Origin: Nitrosopumilaceae archaeon | GTDB taxonomy: Archaea > Thermoproteota > Nitrososphaeria > Nitrososphaerales > Nitrosopumilaceae | Direction of reading: 5' to 3' | DNA length: 64,000 nt | Assembly: GCA_052389415.1 (NCBI GenBank) | Contig: JBQTHX010000014.1 | Coordinates: forward strand, 31,862-95,861 | Part shown: positions 1 through 10,121 of the stretch, in pieces | Numbering within the stretch: the first letter of the stretch is position 1 | How the letters are laid out: each line of letters begins with the position of its first letter | Notes under the pieces: model-generated | Seen by the model: only the letters and a program-made list of their open reading frames with translations | The model's database searches: none | What the model was told of the DNA's origin: nothing | Translations under genes and position numbers: made by a program

Positions 1-494
1 CTGACTTCTTGAAAAATTCTCTGGTGTAATTTAGTATACAGCCTTTTTTTATGGATAAAATAATCAATTGACGTATTGATTAGATCTCCTGCCAAGGCAT
101 TTTTCCATGGTTGTTTATAATCTTGAGGTTCTGTGACACTCAATATTCTTGCAAAAAGGGTTTTCATATCAGTCCTTCTCCATATTCCTTTATTTTTATC
201 AAGTTCAACATAATCTTCTTTTACAAGAGGTCTAAAAATGTCTTCTAATTGTACATCATTTGCAATTTCACAAATCAGTTGCAGATCTAGTATTGCATTT
301 TGAGCCGTATGCTTTATTCTCCACCAAAAATCAGAATCCTCTGTTTGCCGTTCCTTTTTCTTTAAACCCAACAGTCTTTTTTTCTGATTTGGACTAAGAA
401 ACCCTCTATTTTTGAGAAGAAATCCATATCTCATTCTTAAACGTTCTAACTGATTTTGATTCAATTCTCGTGTATATTCACGATAACTACCCAT
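1..494 (-). CDS. hypothetical protein, 3' end runs off the window
   Basis: Manual translation from ATG at 494: MGSYREYTRELNQNQLERLRMRYGFLLKNRGFLSPNQKKRLLG...; frame stays open to position 1; no family recognised. Confidence 0.6.
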   Translation of the reverse strand, partial: MGSYREYTRELNQNQLERLRMRYGFLLKNRGFLSPNQKKRLLGLKKKERQTEDSDFWWRIKHTAQNAILDLQLICEIANDVQLEDIFRPLVKEDYVELDKNKGIWRRTDMKTLFARILSVTEPQDYKQPWKNALAGDLINTSIDYFIHKKRLYTKLHQRIFQEV

Positions 495-586
495 ATTCTC
501 ATTGAATTATTGTTATATCCTTTCAGATTATGATATTCATTGAATAAAATCAACAAACTTGAGAAAGAGAGAAAAGATCACGGAAT

Positions 587-679
587 TTGACACTGAAAGA
601 ACACATAAACCACTACAACGTAAAATTCCTAAAAGGCTACGGATTCTCAGTCAATGTCAATGTCTCTTTAGAAGAATAA
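587..679 (+). pseudogene. cas1: N-terminal remnant of casposon-type/solo Cas1 endonuclease
   Basis: TTG-started ORF MTLKEHINHYNVKFLKGYGFSVNVNVSLEE*; matches my recollection of the thaumarchaeal casposon/solo Cas1 N-terminus (MTLxxxxNHYNVKxLxGYGxS); stops after 30 codons. Confidence 0.65.
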
Positions 680-733
680 TTCATAGGAATAGACATAGAT
701 TCATTCATAATTTTAGAATTAGATTTTTGTAAC

Positions 734-2089
734 TTATCTTCTGGAATGTTTCATACAGTTTTGAACAAAATTTCTTGCAATTCCTGGTAATCCAAAATGT
801 ATATGCATGTATGAAGCTAGGGTGTTATATTGCATCAAACCATCTTTTTGGTTTTTTATACCAATACCAATGGATAGATCATAAGCAAATTTGGAATCCT
901 TTGGTACTGACTCTAGCTCAGAAAAATGAAACTCATGTCCTTGTATTGTGCTTGAAGTCTTTGCTATAAGACAATCATTTACTATTTTTGCTTTAGTATA
1001 GTTTAGCTTGAGTTTTTTTTGCATCTTTGTTGTAGCATCATAAAGGCCCACCATCTTAAATTTTTTAGAACCATAATCAATTGATCTTGTAAGATACATC
1101 AAACCACCGCATTCTGCATAGATTGGAGTCCTAGACTCGGCAAGTGTCTTGATGTTTTTTTGTATTCTGGAGTTTTTCTCAAGTGCCTCACCCATCACTT
1201 CAGGAAAACCACCTCCAATGTAGATTCCATCACAGTCAGGTACCTCCAAGTCAGATACAGGACTAAAAAACTCTAACCTTGCTCCTTCTTTTTGTAGGGC
1301 ATCCAAATTATCCTGATAATAAAAATTAAAGGATTCATCCAGTGCAACCGCAATTGTTGTTTTCTGTTTTGGATTTTTTTCCTTAGGAATTGAACCAAAA
1401 GATGGAATTTTGCTTCCAATCTGGATGATTTTGCCAATATCGATAAAACTTGACATTGCTTTTGCTATTTTTGATATCTTTGACTGAAGCCGTCTTTGTT
1501 CAGAAACTGGAATCAATCCAAGGTGTCTTGATTCCATTGTAAGATCAGGATCCCTTGGAATAACACCAACAATAGGAATATTCAATGAAGAAAGTGCCTG
1601 CCTACAGAGATTCTCATGTTTTTTGCTACCAACCTTGTTTAGAATAAAACCAGAAATCCTAGAATTCTTTTGAAATTTCATAAATCCAAGGGCTGTCGCA
1701 GCTATTGAACGTGCAGTTTTGCTTGCGTCTAAAACAAGAACTACAGGAGCTTTTAAAATCTCAGCTACGTGATATGTACTAGAAAAATTGGAATCGCCAG
1801 AAAATCCATCATAGAATCCCATAACTCCTTCTATCACAGAAAAATCAGAGCTGGAGTTTTTTACAAAACTTGTTTCAACTGCCCTCAAACCCATAAGCCA
1901 AGGATCCAAGTTTCGTGCAGGATTACCAGAAACTGCGGAAAGATAGCTTGGATCTATAAAATCTGGCCCAACCTTGAATGGCTGTACAGAATATCCACTT
2001 TTTTTGATACCGTGTATAATTGCTGCAGTAATTGAGGTCTTGCCAACACCGCTTGATGTTCCTGCAATAACAATTCGTGGAATTTTCAT
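734..2089 (-). CDS. cbiA: cobyrinate a,c-diamide synthase
   Basis: GTSSGVGKT P-loop, FKVGPDFIDP, EGVMG, C-terminal GATase with AECGGLMYL and GHEFH. Confidence 0.95.
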   Translation of the reverse strand: MKIPRIVIAGTSSGVGKTSITAAIIHGIKKSGYSVQPFKVGPDFIDPSYLSAVSGNPARNLDPWLMGLRAVETSFVKNSSSDFSVIEGVMGFYDGFSGDSNFSSTYHVAEILKAPVVLVLDASKTARSIAATALGFMKFQKNSRISGFILNKVGSKKHENLCRQALSSLNIPIVGVIPRDPDLTMESRHLGLIPVSEQRRLQSKISKIAKAMSSFIDIGKIIQIGSKIPSFGSIPKEKNPKQKTTIAVALDESFNFYYQDNLDALQKEGARLEFFSPVSDLEVPDCDGIYIGGGFPEVMGEALEKNSRIQKNIKTLAESRTPIYAECGGLMYLTRSIDYGSKKFKMVGLYDATTKMQKKLKLNYTKAKIVNDCLIAKTSSTIQGHEFHFSELESVPKDSKFAYDLSIGIGIKNQKDGLMQYNTLASYMHIHFGLPGIARNFVQNCMKHSRR

Positions 2090-3345
2090 GAACCTGTTCC
2101 TGTTATGTTTTTTATCATATCAAAAAGTTGTCTAACTGCCAATTTAGGATGATGTGTTGCCAGACCAATCATACTTGAAATGCTAAAATCTGCTTTAATA
2201 AAGTCAAGAAATTCTTCAGGTGATAGCTCATTTATTATCTCAATCTCTTTATCCCATTCTTTATCGGTTAGCCTAAGCCATCTACTTTGTACTTTGATAG
2301 CAGCCTTAATCTTTGAGCCTATAGCTTTTTTCCAATAATCTTCGTATGGTTTTAACGATTCTTTTGACGTATTACCTTGTAAAATAGATTCAGCTCCTAC
2401 CTGTCCAGCTAGACGACCAAACTCAATTGCATATCTAATTCCTTCAAGTACCAAGGGATTGGCATGCCCTGCTGCATCACCAACAAGTATCAGGTTATCA
2501 GCAACCGTATCATGTGTTAAACCTTCATTTGGTATTAGTCCATAATGGAATTCAATGGGAATTATTTTTCCTAGTTGAGCTAATGGACCAGGTTTTTTGT
2601 CAACAAGTTCTAGTAAGCGTTGTGTAGGATCCACTTGTGACTCCGGTTTTCCTATACCAACACCAATTCTTACTTTATTCTTACCTAATGGGAAAATCCA
2701 TGCATAGCCAGCAGGAGAATATTGTTGCCCTACCATCAGAGCCCATGTTTCTGGATCAACATTTTCTACATAGGCTTCATATTCTGCTCCAACTCCAAAT
2801 CTTTTCCATTGTTGAACTATACCAAGATTTTTCCCAACTATTGAGTGAAAACCACTTGCGTCAATTACAAGTTTAGAGTTAAAAATTAGATCGTCTTTTA
2901 GAGACGTCGCTTTAACTCCTACTAGTTTACCTACATTGATCAAAGGTGATACCACATTAGTTCGTACAAAAATATCTGCACCTACATTAGCTGCTTGATA
3001 TGCCAAAAACTGGTAAGTTTTTCGAACATCTAAAACTGCTGCTTGATATTCACTACTATGTATTGTTACTTGATTATTTGGTGAATAAAAAGAGTAATTT
3101 TTTATAGGATTATAAAAATCGGGTGTAATCCCAAATTTTTTAATCTCGTTAATCCAAGTTACCCCACTAGTTCTAATAGTTTGTGCAATCGCTTCTTCTC
3201 TTTCAAGCACTGCTACACGTATTCCTTTTTTTGCAGCTGCCCATGCAGCAGATGAACCTGCAGGTCCTGCACCTACAATTACTAAATCATAATTGTATTC
3301 CTTAGTCATCAAATCACCATCTTTAAAGCGAAGATTATAAACCAC
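2086..3345 (-). CDS. geranylgeranyl reductase family FAD-dependent oxidoreductase
   Basis: GAGPAG FAD motif, GYAWIFP, VGDAAG; true start may be the downstream MTKEY. Confidence 0.85.
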   Translation of the reverse strand: MVYNLRFKDGDLMTKEYNYDLVIVGAGPAGSSAAWAAAKKGIRVAVLEREEAIAQTIRTSGVTWINEIKKFGITPDFYNPIKNYSFYSPNNQVTIHSSEYQAAVLDVRKTYQFLAYQAANVGADIFVRTNVVSPLINVGKLVGVKATSLKDDLIFNSKLVIDASGFHSIVGKNLGIVQQWKRFGVGAEYEAYVENVDPETWALMVGQQYSPAGYAWIFPLGKNKVRIGVGIGKPESQVDPTQRLLELVDKKPGPLAQLGKIIPIEFHYGLIPNEGLTHDTVADNLILVGDAAGHANPLVLEGIRYAIEFGRLAGQVGAESILQGNTSKESLKPYEDYWKKAIGSKIKAAIKVQSRWLRLTDKEWDKEIEIINELSPEEFLDFIKADFSISSMIGLATHHPKLAVRQLFDMIKNITGTGS

Positions 3346-3453
3346 TCATTTTTTTGTTTCATTTATTTTTGGTTTAAACTTTTAAGAAATCCCTTCAGTG
3401 AGTGTTTATTATGAATTGGATTGATCTGTGGATAACCGTCGTGGTTATTTATA

Positions 3454-4008
3454 ATGAATATTGAATTACATAGTATGGGAGAAAATGGACTTGTTATTGT
3501 TTATACAGGTAAAGGAAAAGGTAAAACCACTGCTGCCCTTGGAATAGCATTACGTGCTGTAGGATATAATTACAAAATTTGTATGATACAATTCATCAAA
3601 GGTTCATGGCACTATGGTGAAATGATTTCCTCAAAAAGATTAGAGCCAGAATTTGAGCTTACTGCTGTTGGTAAGGGTTTTGTTGGAATTATTGATGACA
3701 AGAGTCCTCTTGATGAACATAAAAAAATCGCCCAAGAAGCATTACAACTATGCAAAGAAAAAATTGGAACCGAAAAATATGATATCATTATCCTCGATGA
3801 AATAAACTATGCAATAGACCTAGGATTAATAAAACTAGATGATGTATTAGATTTAATTAAAAATAAACCTCAGAAATTAAACCTAATTCTTACTGGAAAT
3901 CATGTAAAAAAGGAGATTATTGAAATTGCAGATCTTGTTACTGAGATGAATGAGATAAAACATCCTTTCAAATCTGGTATCAAAGCAAAGAAAGGTATCG
4001 ATTTTTAA
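3454..4008 (+). CDS. cobO: cob(I)yrinic acid a,c-diamide adenosyltransferase (CobO/BtuR type)
   Basis: YTGKGKGKTTAALG, QFIKG, LDEI, KHPF..G..A.KGIDF; likely start 3475. Confidence 0.95.
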   Translation: MNIELHSMGENGLVIVYTGKGKGKTTAALGIALRAVGYNYKICMIQFIKGSWHYGEMISSKRLEPEFELTAVGKGFVGIIDDKSPLDEHKKIAQEALQLCKEKIGTEKYDIIILDEINYAIDLGLIKLDDVLDLIKNKPQKLNLILTGNHVKKEIIEIADLVTEMNEIKHPFKSGIKAKKGIDF

Positions 4009-4047
4009 TCAGCAACATTAAATTACGCAGGGAAAATTTGAAGAATT

Positions 4048-4848
4048 GTGACTACAGAAATACATGAACTTCCAGAAGTAGGTGAAATCGTTGTTGCCAC
4101 TGTTACAAGAATAGTGGACCAAGGAGCATATGTTAGCCTGGATGAATTCAATAACATTCAAGGATTTTTGCACATATCAGAAATTGCAACAGGTTGGATT
4201 AGAAGTGTAGAAAAATTTGTTAAGATCGGGGAGAAAAAAATTCTTCTAGTAAAAAGAGTAAATACTGCTAGATCAGAAATAGATTTATCGTTAAAACAAG
4301 TCTCCTCAGATCAAAAGAAAAAGAAACTTTTAGAATTAAAACGAAATGAAAAAGAACAAGTTCTTATTGATGGTTTGAAGTCAAAAGCTGGACTTTCACA
4401 GACTGAAGTAGAAAAATTGGAGGAAGTTTTGATTAATAAATTCAATTCAATTTACGATGCATTTGCAGAAATAGTATCAAAAGGAATAACAGTTTTGGAT
4501 GGACTGAATCTATCAAAAAAAGTAATTTCAGCAATAGAAGAGATCAGTTCAAAGATTCAAGTTCCACATGTAGAAATACGTGGGGTATTGGAAATTACCT
4601 GCACAAAACCTGAGGGAATAGAGATTATTAAAAAATCACTTTTTGAAGCCACGGAAAACAAGGATGCTGCTGTAGAAATTAGCTACATAGGAGCGCCGAA
4701 ATATAGATTAACTATTTCTGCACAGGATTTCAAGACTGCTGAAAGAGCACTTAAACCAGTGCTTTCTACAATTCAGGCCTCGATTGAAAAGAAGGGCGGC
4801 ACTTTCAAATTTACTAGAGAAGAATCAAAGAAGACCAGAGAGGGATGA
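4048..4848 (+). CDS. eif2a: translation initiation factor aIF2 alpha subunit
   Basis: LPEVGE S1 domain, HISEIATGWI, IDLSLK, YIGAPKY; followed by nop10. Confidence 0.95.
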   Translation: MTTEIHELPEVGEIVVATVTRIVDQGAYVSLDEFNNIQGFLHISEIATGWIRSVEKFVKIGEKKILLVKRVNTARSEIDLSLKQVSSDQKKKKLLELKRNEKEQVLIDGLKSKAGLSQTEVEKLEEVLINKFNSIYDAFAEIVSKGITVLDGLNLSKKVISAIEEISSKIQVPHVEIRGVLEITCTKPEGIEIIKKSLFEATENKDAAVEISYIGAPKYRLTISAQDFKTAERALKPVLSTIQASIEKKGGTFKFTREESKKTREG

Positions 4849-4849
4849 T

Positions 4850-5005
4850 ATGAAATTTCAGATGCGTAAGTGCATCTCCTGTAAAAGGTATACTCTAAAA
4901 GAGGATTGTCCTAGCTGTGGAAATAAAACTGTGACAGTCCATCCTGGAAAATATTCACCTGATGATAAATATGCAAGATACCGAGTTTCAGATCGTTACA
5001 AGTAA
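4850..5005 (+). CDS. nop10: H/ACA RNP protein Nop10
   Basis: MKFQMRKCISCKRYTLKEDCPSCG...HPGKYSPDDKYARYR; conserved position after aIF2 alpha. Confidence 0.95.
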   Translation: MKFQMRKCISCKRYTLKEDCPSCGNKTVTVHPGKYSPDDKYARYRVSDRYK

Positions 5006-5092
5006 ATTTCCCTAAATTTTTAGAATGAACAATGTACATTTTGAGTAGATTTAGAAGTTACAACATATAGGGTTTCAATATCAAACTGTTGA

Positions 5093-7252
5093 TTATTCAG
5101 AGTTTGCCATTTCTACAAATGATTCCTGTTTATAGTCATGATTGATTTTATATATCAAAACACCAGAAAAAACTCCACTATCAATTCTATTAAAAGTTGG
5201 TGACGAATACACTAGTTGTAAAGGATCATTTTCACTTTCATATTTGATAGTCTTATCATAGATTGCTGTATAACCAGAAACATAGTTTTGTGATTGTAGT
5301 TCTGAATTAAGATCAACGTAAGCTATTGGTATAAATGGAAACATTTTTCCTAATAGTGTATTTTCCCAAAAGTAATTTGTTGGAGTAAATCCATCATTCT
5401 CAAGGAACTGAGATTGGTTCTCACCAGCAATACGCATGAACCATTGTTTTTTGCTTTCATCTCCTCCTCCACCTAAAATATAAAATTCTCCATCATTTGA
5501 AACAAATTTCTGTCCAACCACATAAACCAAAACATAATCAGCGTCTAATTGTTGGAGAATTTCCCATCCTTTGTCAGGACTGCTAAGCAACATTTGTGCC
5601 ATAGTAACAATTCTATCTGTGGAGATTGTGGCGTTATCTGCAAGTGTAGTTCTCTCACCAAGCGTTGTTATCCAATAACCATAATCCCACCATGATGCAA
5701 TCACTGAATCTTCAGGTGTGTTTAATTTGATCCATTCCATAGAGGCAGGCCAATCATTTGTTGCCATGTTAAAGTTAGAGCCACCGTTTAGGATTGTTGG
5801 CGGTGCTTTGGTTGCAGAAATCCAGTTAACATCAGATGGAAAGACAGTGGGAGAGACAAGCAAAATGATTAACGCAGTACAATAGGAAATCTTAAAGATC
5901 TTTCCTTTTACATTATTGGACTTTTTTTCCATGATATCCTTTTTCATTATTTCTGAAATTATTACGGAAAGACCAATCGATGAGAGAATTATAACTGATA
6001 TCGAGGTAAAAAGCTCTAATCTGGCAAAGGTTGCACCAGCATAGGCCCCAACAAGTCCAATAATTAATGCAAATATGGACATTTCATTTTTGATTTTGGT
6101 TGAAGACGAGCTGTTACCATTAACTACTTCCCTCCTAAAAATTAGCCATATACCTAACCCGGCAAATAATAATAATACAGATAGAAAGAAGAAATTTTGT
6201 GTAAGTGTAGGTGTTGCATGTTCTGCAACTGAATCTACAAGAGGGTCTTTTGTAGTTAAAAATGGATTTATAGCGTTAAGATAACGAAAGCTTGGTAATG
6301 AAAGGACATTAGAGGAAATTATTCCGAATCCAGCAATAATTGATGCTCCTAAAAATGCTAAACTGTTTCTTATTACATTTACTTGCTTACTGATTTTTTG
6401 GATAAATATTAGAATGACTAGAAAAACAGTGGGTCCAATTAAAGCAAATCCGCCGATACCAGTTAGAAAGCTAATTCCTGGTCTTGCGAATAAAGATGAA
6501 ATTAAAACTGTGGTTATTACAAAGGCAGGTATACTCCAAAGAAGAAACTTGTGATCTTTTCTAAAGAATGGAAGGGAAATAATAAACAATCCTAAAGGCA
6601 ATAGGAAAAACTGTATTCCTCCCCAGGAAGCAAAACCTATAGCTAGAAACAATCCACCACCAATTAACTTCCCCAGAGCAACTTTTCGATTTTCTGATTT
6701 TAAACCGCTAAGAAATAGGTAAAGCGCTAAAAGACCATAAAATAGTCCCAGCGGTTCTGATTTGAACCAACCTAGTGTACCCCTGATGATTATAGCTGGT
6801 GACAATGCAAAGAATAACGACGCAAAAAGACCTGCGGTGGTACCACCAATTACCCTGACTAATGCAAAAATGACTATAGCTGTGAACGAACCAAAAACGA
6901 CAGGAAATATTATAGTAAATTCATAGAGATTTGAATTTCCCCCAAAAATTTGATACAAAAATGCTGCTGTAAAATGCAAGGGAACTTGAGATGTTACAAA
7001 CACATCCCTTCCTTGTGGATACCAACTCATATCATCATGCCAATTTACATATGCGTCTACGCCATTGTCAACAAGATATTTGGTTGCTCGATAATTGAAA
7101 AAAGGATCAAATTCATTAAGTTCAAAGCCATAATCAGCTGCTTGTGACCGAATCATTGCAGATATAGAAAATGAAATCACAAGTATACCAATAATTAACA
7201 AATGGTGTAAACGAAATTGAAATCTACCAACTGCAAATAGCTTAGAAGTCAA
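5093..7252 (-). CDS. aglB: oligosaccharyltransferase (STT3 family)
   Basis: EFDPFFNYR, SVAEH, WWDYGY motif, many TM helices. Confidence 0.93.
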   Translation of the reverse strand: MTSKLFAVGRFQFRLHHLLIIGILVISFSISAMIRSQAADYGFELNEFDPFFNYRATKYLVDNGVDAYVNWHDDMSWYPQGRDVFVTSQVPLHFTAAFLYQIFGGNSNLYEFTIIFPVVFGSFTAIVIFALVRVIGGTTAGLFASLFFALSPAIIIRGTLGWFKSEPLGLFYGLLALYLFLSGLKSENRKVALGKLIGGGLFLAIGFASWGGIQFFLLPLGLFIISLPFFRKDHKFLLWSIPAFVITTVLISSLFARPGISFLTGIGGFALIGPTVFLVILIFIQKISKQVNVIRNSLAFLGASIIAGFGIISSNVLSLPSFRYLNAINPFLTTKDPLVDSVAEHATPTLTQNFFFLSVLLLFAGLGIWLIFRREVVNGNSSSSTKIKNEMSIFALIIGLVGAYAGATFARLELFTSISVIILSSIGLSVIISEIMKKDIMEKKSNNVKGKIFKISYCTALIILLVSPTVFPSDVNWISATKAPPTILNGGSNFNMATNDWPASMEWIKLNTPEDSVIASWWDYGYWITTLGERTTLADNATISTDRIVTMAQMLLSSPDKGWEILQQLDADYVLVYVVGQKFVSNDGEFYILGGGGDESKKQWFMRIAGENQSQFLENDGFTPTNYFWENTLLGKMFPFIPIAYVDLNSELQSQNYVSGYTAIYDKTIKYESENDPLQLVYSSPTFNRIDSGVFSGVLIYKINHDYKQESFVEMANSE

Positions 7253-7280
7253 TCATTTTTTGTGGAATTTGTTAGACTTA

Positions 7281-7943
7281 TTACTCTTTTGTGAGAATTT
7301 GTACTTCACAGGATTTTGTCATTTCTTTGAATTCTTTTGCGTCCTTTTCACTGCCAACAATAGTTCCATAATGCATAGGAATTGCAATTTTTGGTTTTAT
7401 TTCCTCAATCGCATTTGCGGCTTCTTTTGCGGTCATTACATAAGTGCCGCTTACAGGAACCAATAAAATATCTGGTTTAAGATCAGTCATTTCTGGAATA
7501 AGGTCTGAATCACCAGTATGATAGATTGATACTCCTTGTATAGTGATAATGAAACCTACCTTCTTGTCTTCTTTTGGGTGAAATGGTTTTTTTGTATCAG
7601 GATTAATTTTATTTATATTATAAGCAGATATGGCTTTAATTTTGATATTGTTTATTGTCTTTTCCTCTCCAGGTGCAATTCCTACCTTGTTTTTTGATGA
7701 TATGTTTAGGATTTGAGGCAAACATTCGTTTGCGGCTACAATTATCGTTTTTTTAGATGTAGTCTTTTCTAGATCATCTAGACTCAAGTGATCAAAGTGA
7801 TTGTGTGAGATTAATACTATATCAGCTGATATTGTTTTTGAAAGCTTGTATGGATCAATACAGATAGTTATTCCTTTTTCTAGCGTGAATGTATCGTGAC
7901 CAAACCATCTTATTTTGGTACCGTGATATTCAAACATCATCAA
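7281..7943 (-). CDS. MBL-fold metallo-hydrolase
   Basis: SHNHFDH, HTGDSD, IPMHYG. Confidence 0.9.
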   Translation of the reverse strand: MMMFEYHGTKIRWFGHDTFTLEKGITICIDPYKLSKTISADIVLISHNHFDHLSLDDLEKTTSKKTIIVAANECLPQILNISSKNKVGIAPGEEKTINNIKIKAISAYNINKINPDTKKPFHPKEDKKVGFIITIQGVSIYHTGDSDLIPEMTDLKPDILLVPVSGTYVMTAKEAANAIEEIKPKIAIPMHYGTIVGSEKDAKEFKEMTKSCEVQILTKE

Positions 7944-7972
7944 GAATTAATTTTTGATCAAGTTAAATTTTT

Positions 7973-8346
7973 CTAAGTTTCTAGAATAATTCTATCATTT
8001 GCTAGCGACAGAACGGAGCCCCCGGATTTTTTTATTCTTTTTTTAAGCTCAGAATCAATGGTGGCTACAATTCCTCTATGGATTTTTGTATATGAAACTA
8101 ATGCTTCATCTACTGATTTTCCTGAGATTTTAATTTTTTTAAAATTTTTAATCAATTGTAAAGCATTAGATGATGAACTTTTTTTTTAACAGTTTTTCCT
8201 TTCGAAATTCGTTCAAGTTCTTTTATAACCAGATCTGGTACCGTAAACTCAATTGTTCCTATCTCTGTTTCAAGGTTTGACAGGTTTTTAATATTTTTAG
8301 ATGAAAGAAGCATTAAAAAACTTGTATCGCAGACAACCTCAACCAA
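7973..8346 (-). pseudogene. PIN-domain protein split by a frameshift at an A9 run
   Basis: N-half VCDTSFL...VIKELE (8152-8346) and C-half VDEAL...VATIDSELKKR (7973-8155) join into one ~124-aa PIN protein by a -1 shift at 8179-8187; conserved position after aIF2 gamma. Confidence 0.8.
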
Positions 8347-9604
8347 CTATAACACCTGCACCAATCAATCTCCACCTTTCGGTTATCCTTCGGCTTAATG
8401 CAACCTTACCCTTCTCAAATAAGCAGACAGGTCTTTTGAACTGTACTTCTATCTTTTCTCCCCTAACGCTTGTAACTTTGGAAAGAATCGGAGCCGTTCC
8501 TATGCTAAGTCTTAAAGATTCTCCAACTTGCACAGATGAAACTTTGATCTCATCCAGCGAACCAACAGCAGTATCAAACAGATTTACTTCGATTTTAGCT
8601 GTTGAAGAATTTTCTGGTAGAGTATCTGGTTTTCCTATTACAGATCCTATCAACGAATCACTTCGCGTCATCGAAGGGTCAAGTGTTGTTCCAATGGCAA
8701 CAAGACCACCAGGTTTAACTTCATCTACAAGACCAGCACCAGTACCTAGAGATGCTATTTGCGTTCTTATTGATTCGTATTTGTTATTTTTTTCGTTTGC
8801 AATACCGGGTTTAATCTCAATCTCATCGCCTACTTTAAAGGAACCTTGTACAATGCTTCCTCCCATTACACCTCCTCTGATGTTCTTAATTTTTGTTCCA
8901 GGTTTATTAACATCAAAGGAACGGAGAACATGCATTACTGTGTTTTTTGATTCTTCACGTTTGGGGGTTTCAATAGTGGATTCAATTGCTCCAATCAGTG
9001 CATCAATGTTTAGTTTGGACTGAGCAGAAATTGGAATAACAGGTGCTTTGCCTGCAGTTGTACCCTTGACAAATTTTACAATGTCATTGTGATTTGCCAA
9101 GGCATCTTCATATGTAACAAGATCAGCTTTGTTTTGCACTAGCACGATTTGTTGGATTCCAAGCGTTTGAAGTGCAAGTAGATGTTCTTTTGTTTGTGGT
9201 TGCGGAACTTTTTCATTTGCTGCGATTACAAGCATAGCACCATCAATTAGAGCCGAACCTGAGAGCATGTTTGCCATGAGGCTTTCATGACCAGGACTGT
9301 CTACAAAACTTACAACTCGTGATAATTCGCTTTCCTTTCCACAGTTATTACAAATTGGTGTTACAGAATACCCAAGAGGAGGTTGACAGCTTTTACATTT
9401 GTAAAACGCTGCATCAGCATATCCTACTCTGATTGTAATCCCACGCTTTAGTTCTTCACTGTGAGCACTGGTCCATACACCTGTAAGAGCCTGTATTAGT
9501 GTTGTTTTACCATGATCAACATGTCCAGCTGTTCCAATGTTAACACATGGTTGTTGTCCATATTTTTTTATGTACCAGTCTGGAAGAGTTTCTCGCCAAT
9601 GCAA
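8339..9604 (-). CDS. eif2g: translation initiation factor aIF2 gamma subunit
   Basis: GHVDHGKTT, RGITIRVGY, Zn ribbon, DSPGHE, QNKAD, WRLIG. Confidence 0.97.
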   Translation of the reverse strand: MHWRETLPDWYIKKYGQQPCVNIGTAGHVDHGKTTLIQALTGVWTSAHSEELKRGITIRVGYADAAFYKCKSCQPPLGYSVTPICNNCGKESELSRVVSFVDSPGHESLMANMLSGSALIDGAMLVIAANEKVPQPQTKEHLLALQTLGIQQIVLVQNKADLVTYEDALANHNDIVKFVKGTTAGKAPVIPISAQSKLNIDALIGAIESTIETPKREESKNTVMHVLRSFDVNKPGTKIKNIRGGVMGGSIVQGSFKVGDEIEIKPGIANEKNNKYESIRTQIASLGTGAGLVDEVKPGGLVAIGTTLDPSMTRSDSLIGSVIGKPDTLPENSSTAKIEVNLFDTAVGSLDEIKVSSVQVGESLRLSIGTAPILSKVTSVRGEKIEVQFKRPVCLFEKGKVALSRRITERWRLIGAGVIVG

Positions 9605-9635
9605 TATTCAGCTTTTAAAAATCTCCTATGTTAAC

Positions 9636-10043
9636 TTATCCCTTTTTTGGTTTTTCAGTTGGTTTTTCTTCAGAAGTTGTTTTTGTGGTTTCATCATTTT
9701 TTAGTTCTCCGTCTAGCACACAGTTTATTTGATAGGTTTCTTCTGTAATGATATTTCCACGAATAAGTTTTCGAAAGCGTTGTCCCTTTTCCGCATCTTG
9801 TAGACCTACTCCTTTAGAAAGCATGATGTACTTTCGTGCTCCTCCATGTATATCGGCCCTTAGAGGAACACCAGATTTGTCACTTCCGCCGGTTATTCTC
9901 ATCTTTCCTGACTGCCCGATTATAGCTGCGTCAACTTCAGTCCCTATTTGCAAACCTACTAATGGATTTGCATCCTTTTCTTTTAGTTCTCTTGATGTTG
10001 ATTTCCCATTTTTGTCAGATATTGTAATCTTAAAGGTAGCCAA
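9636..10043 (-). CDS. rps6e: 30S ribosomal protein S6e
   Basis: ITGGSDKSG.P.R.D, G.R.RK..RG; upstream of aIF2 gamma as in other archaea. Confidence 0.95.
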   Translation of the reverse strand: MATFKITISDKNGKSTSRELKEKDANPLVGLQIGTEVDAAIIGQSGKMRITGGSDKSGVPLRADIHGGARKYIMLSKGVGLQDAEKGQRFRKLIRGNIITEETYQINCVLDGELKNDETTKTTSEEKPTEKPKKG

Positions 10044-10121
10044 GCATTTTGAAAAAGTCTGAAGACTATTAATTAATCTTTGTACATAATGCTTTAAAAT
10101 AATTGTTCTTAAAACAAAATC

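Noticed and set aside
8301-9023. 240-aa plus-strand ORF and the many similar short antisense ORFs
   Set aside because: Shadows of well-supported genes on the other strand (here aIF2 gamma)
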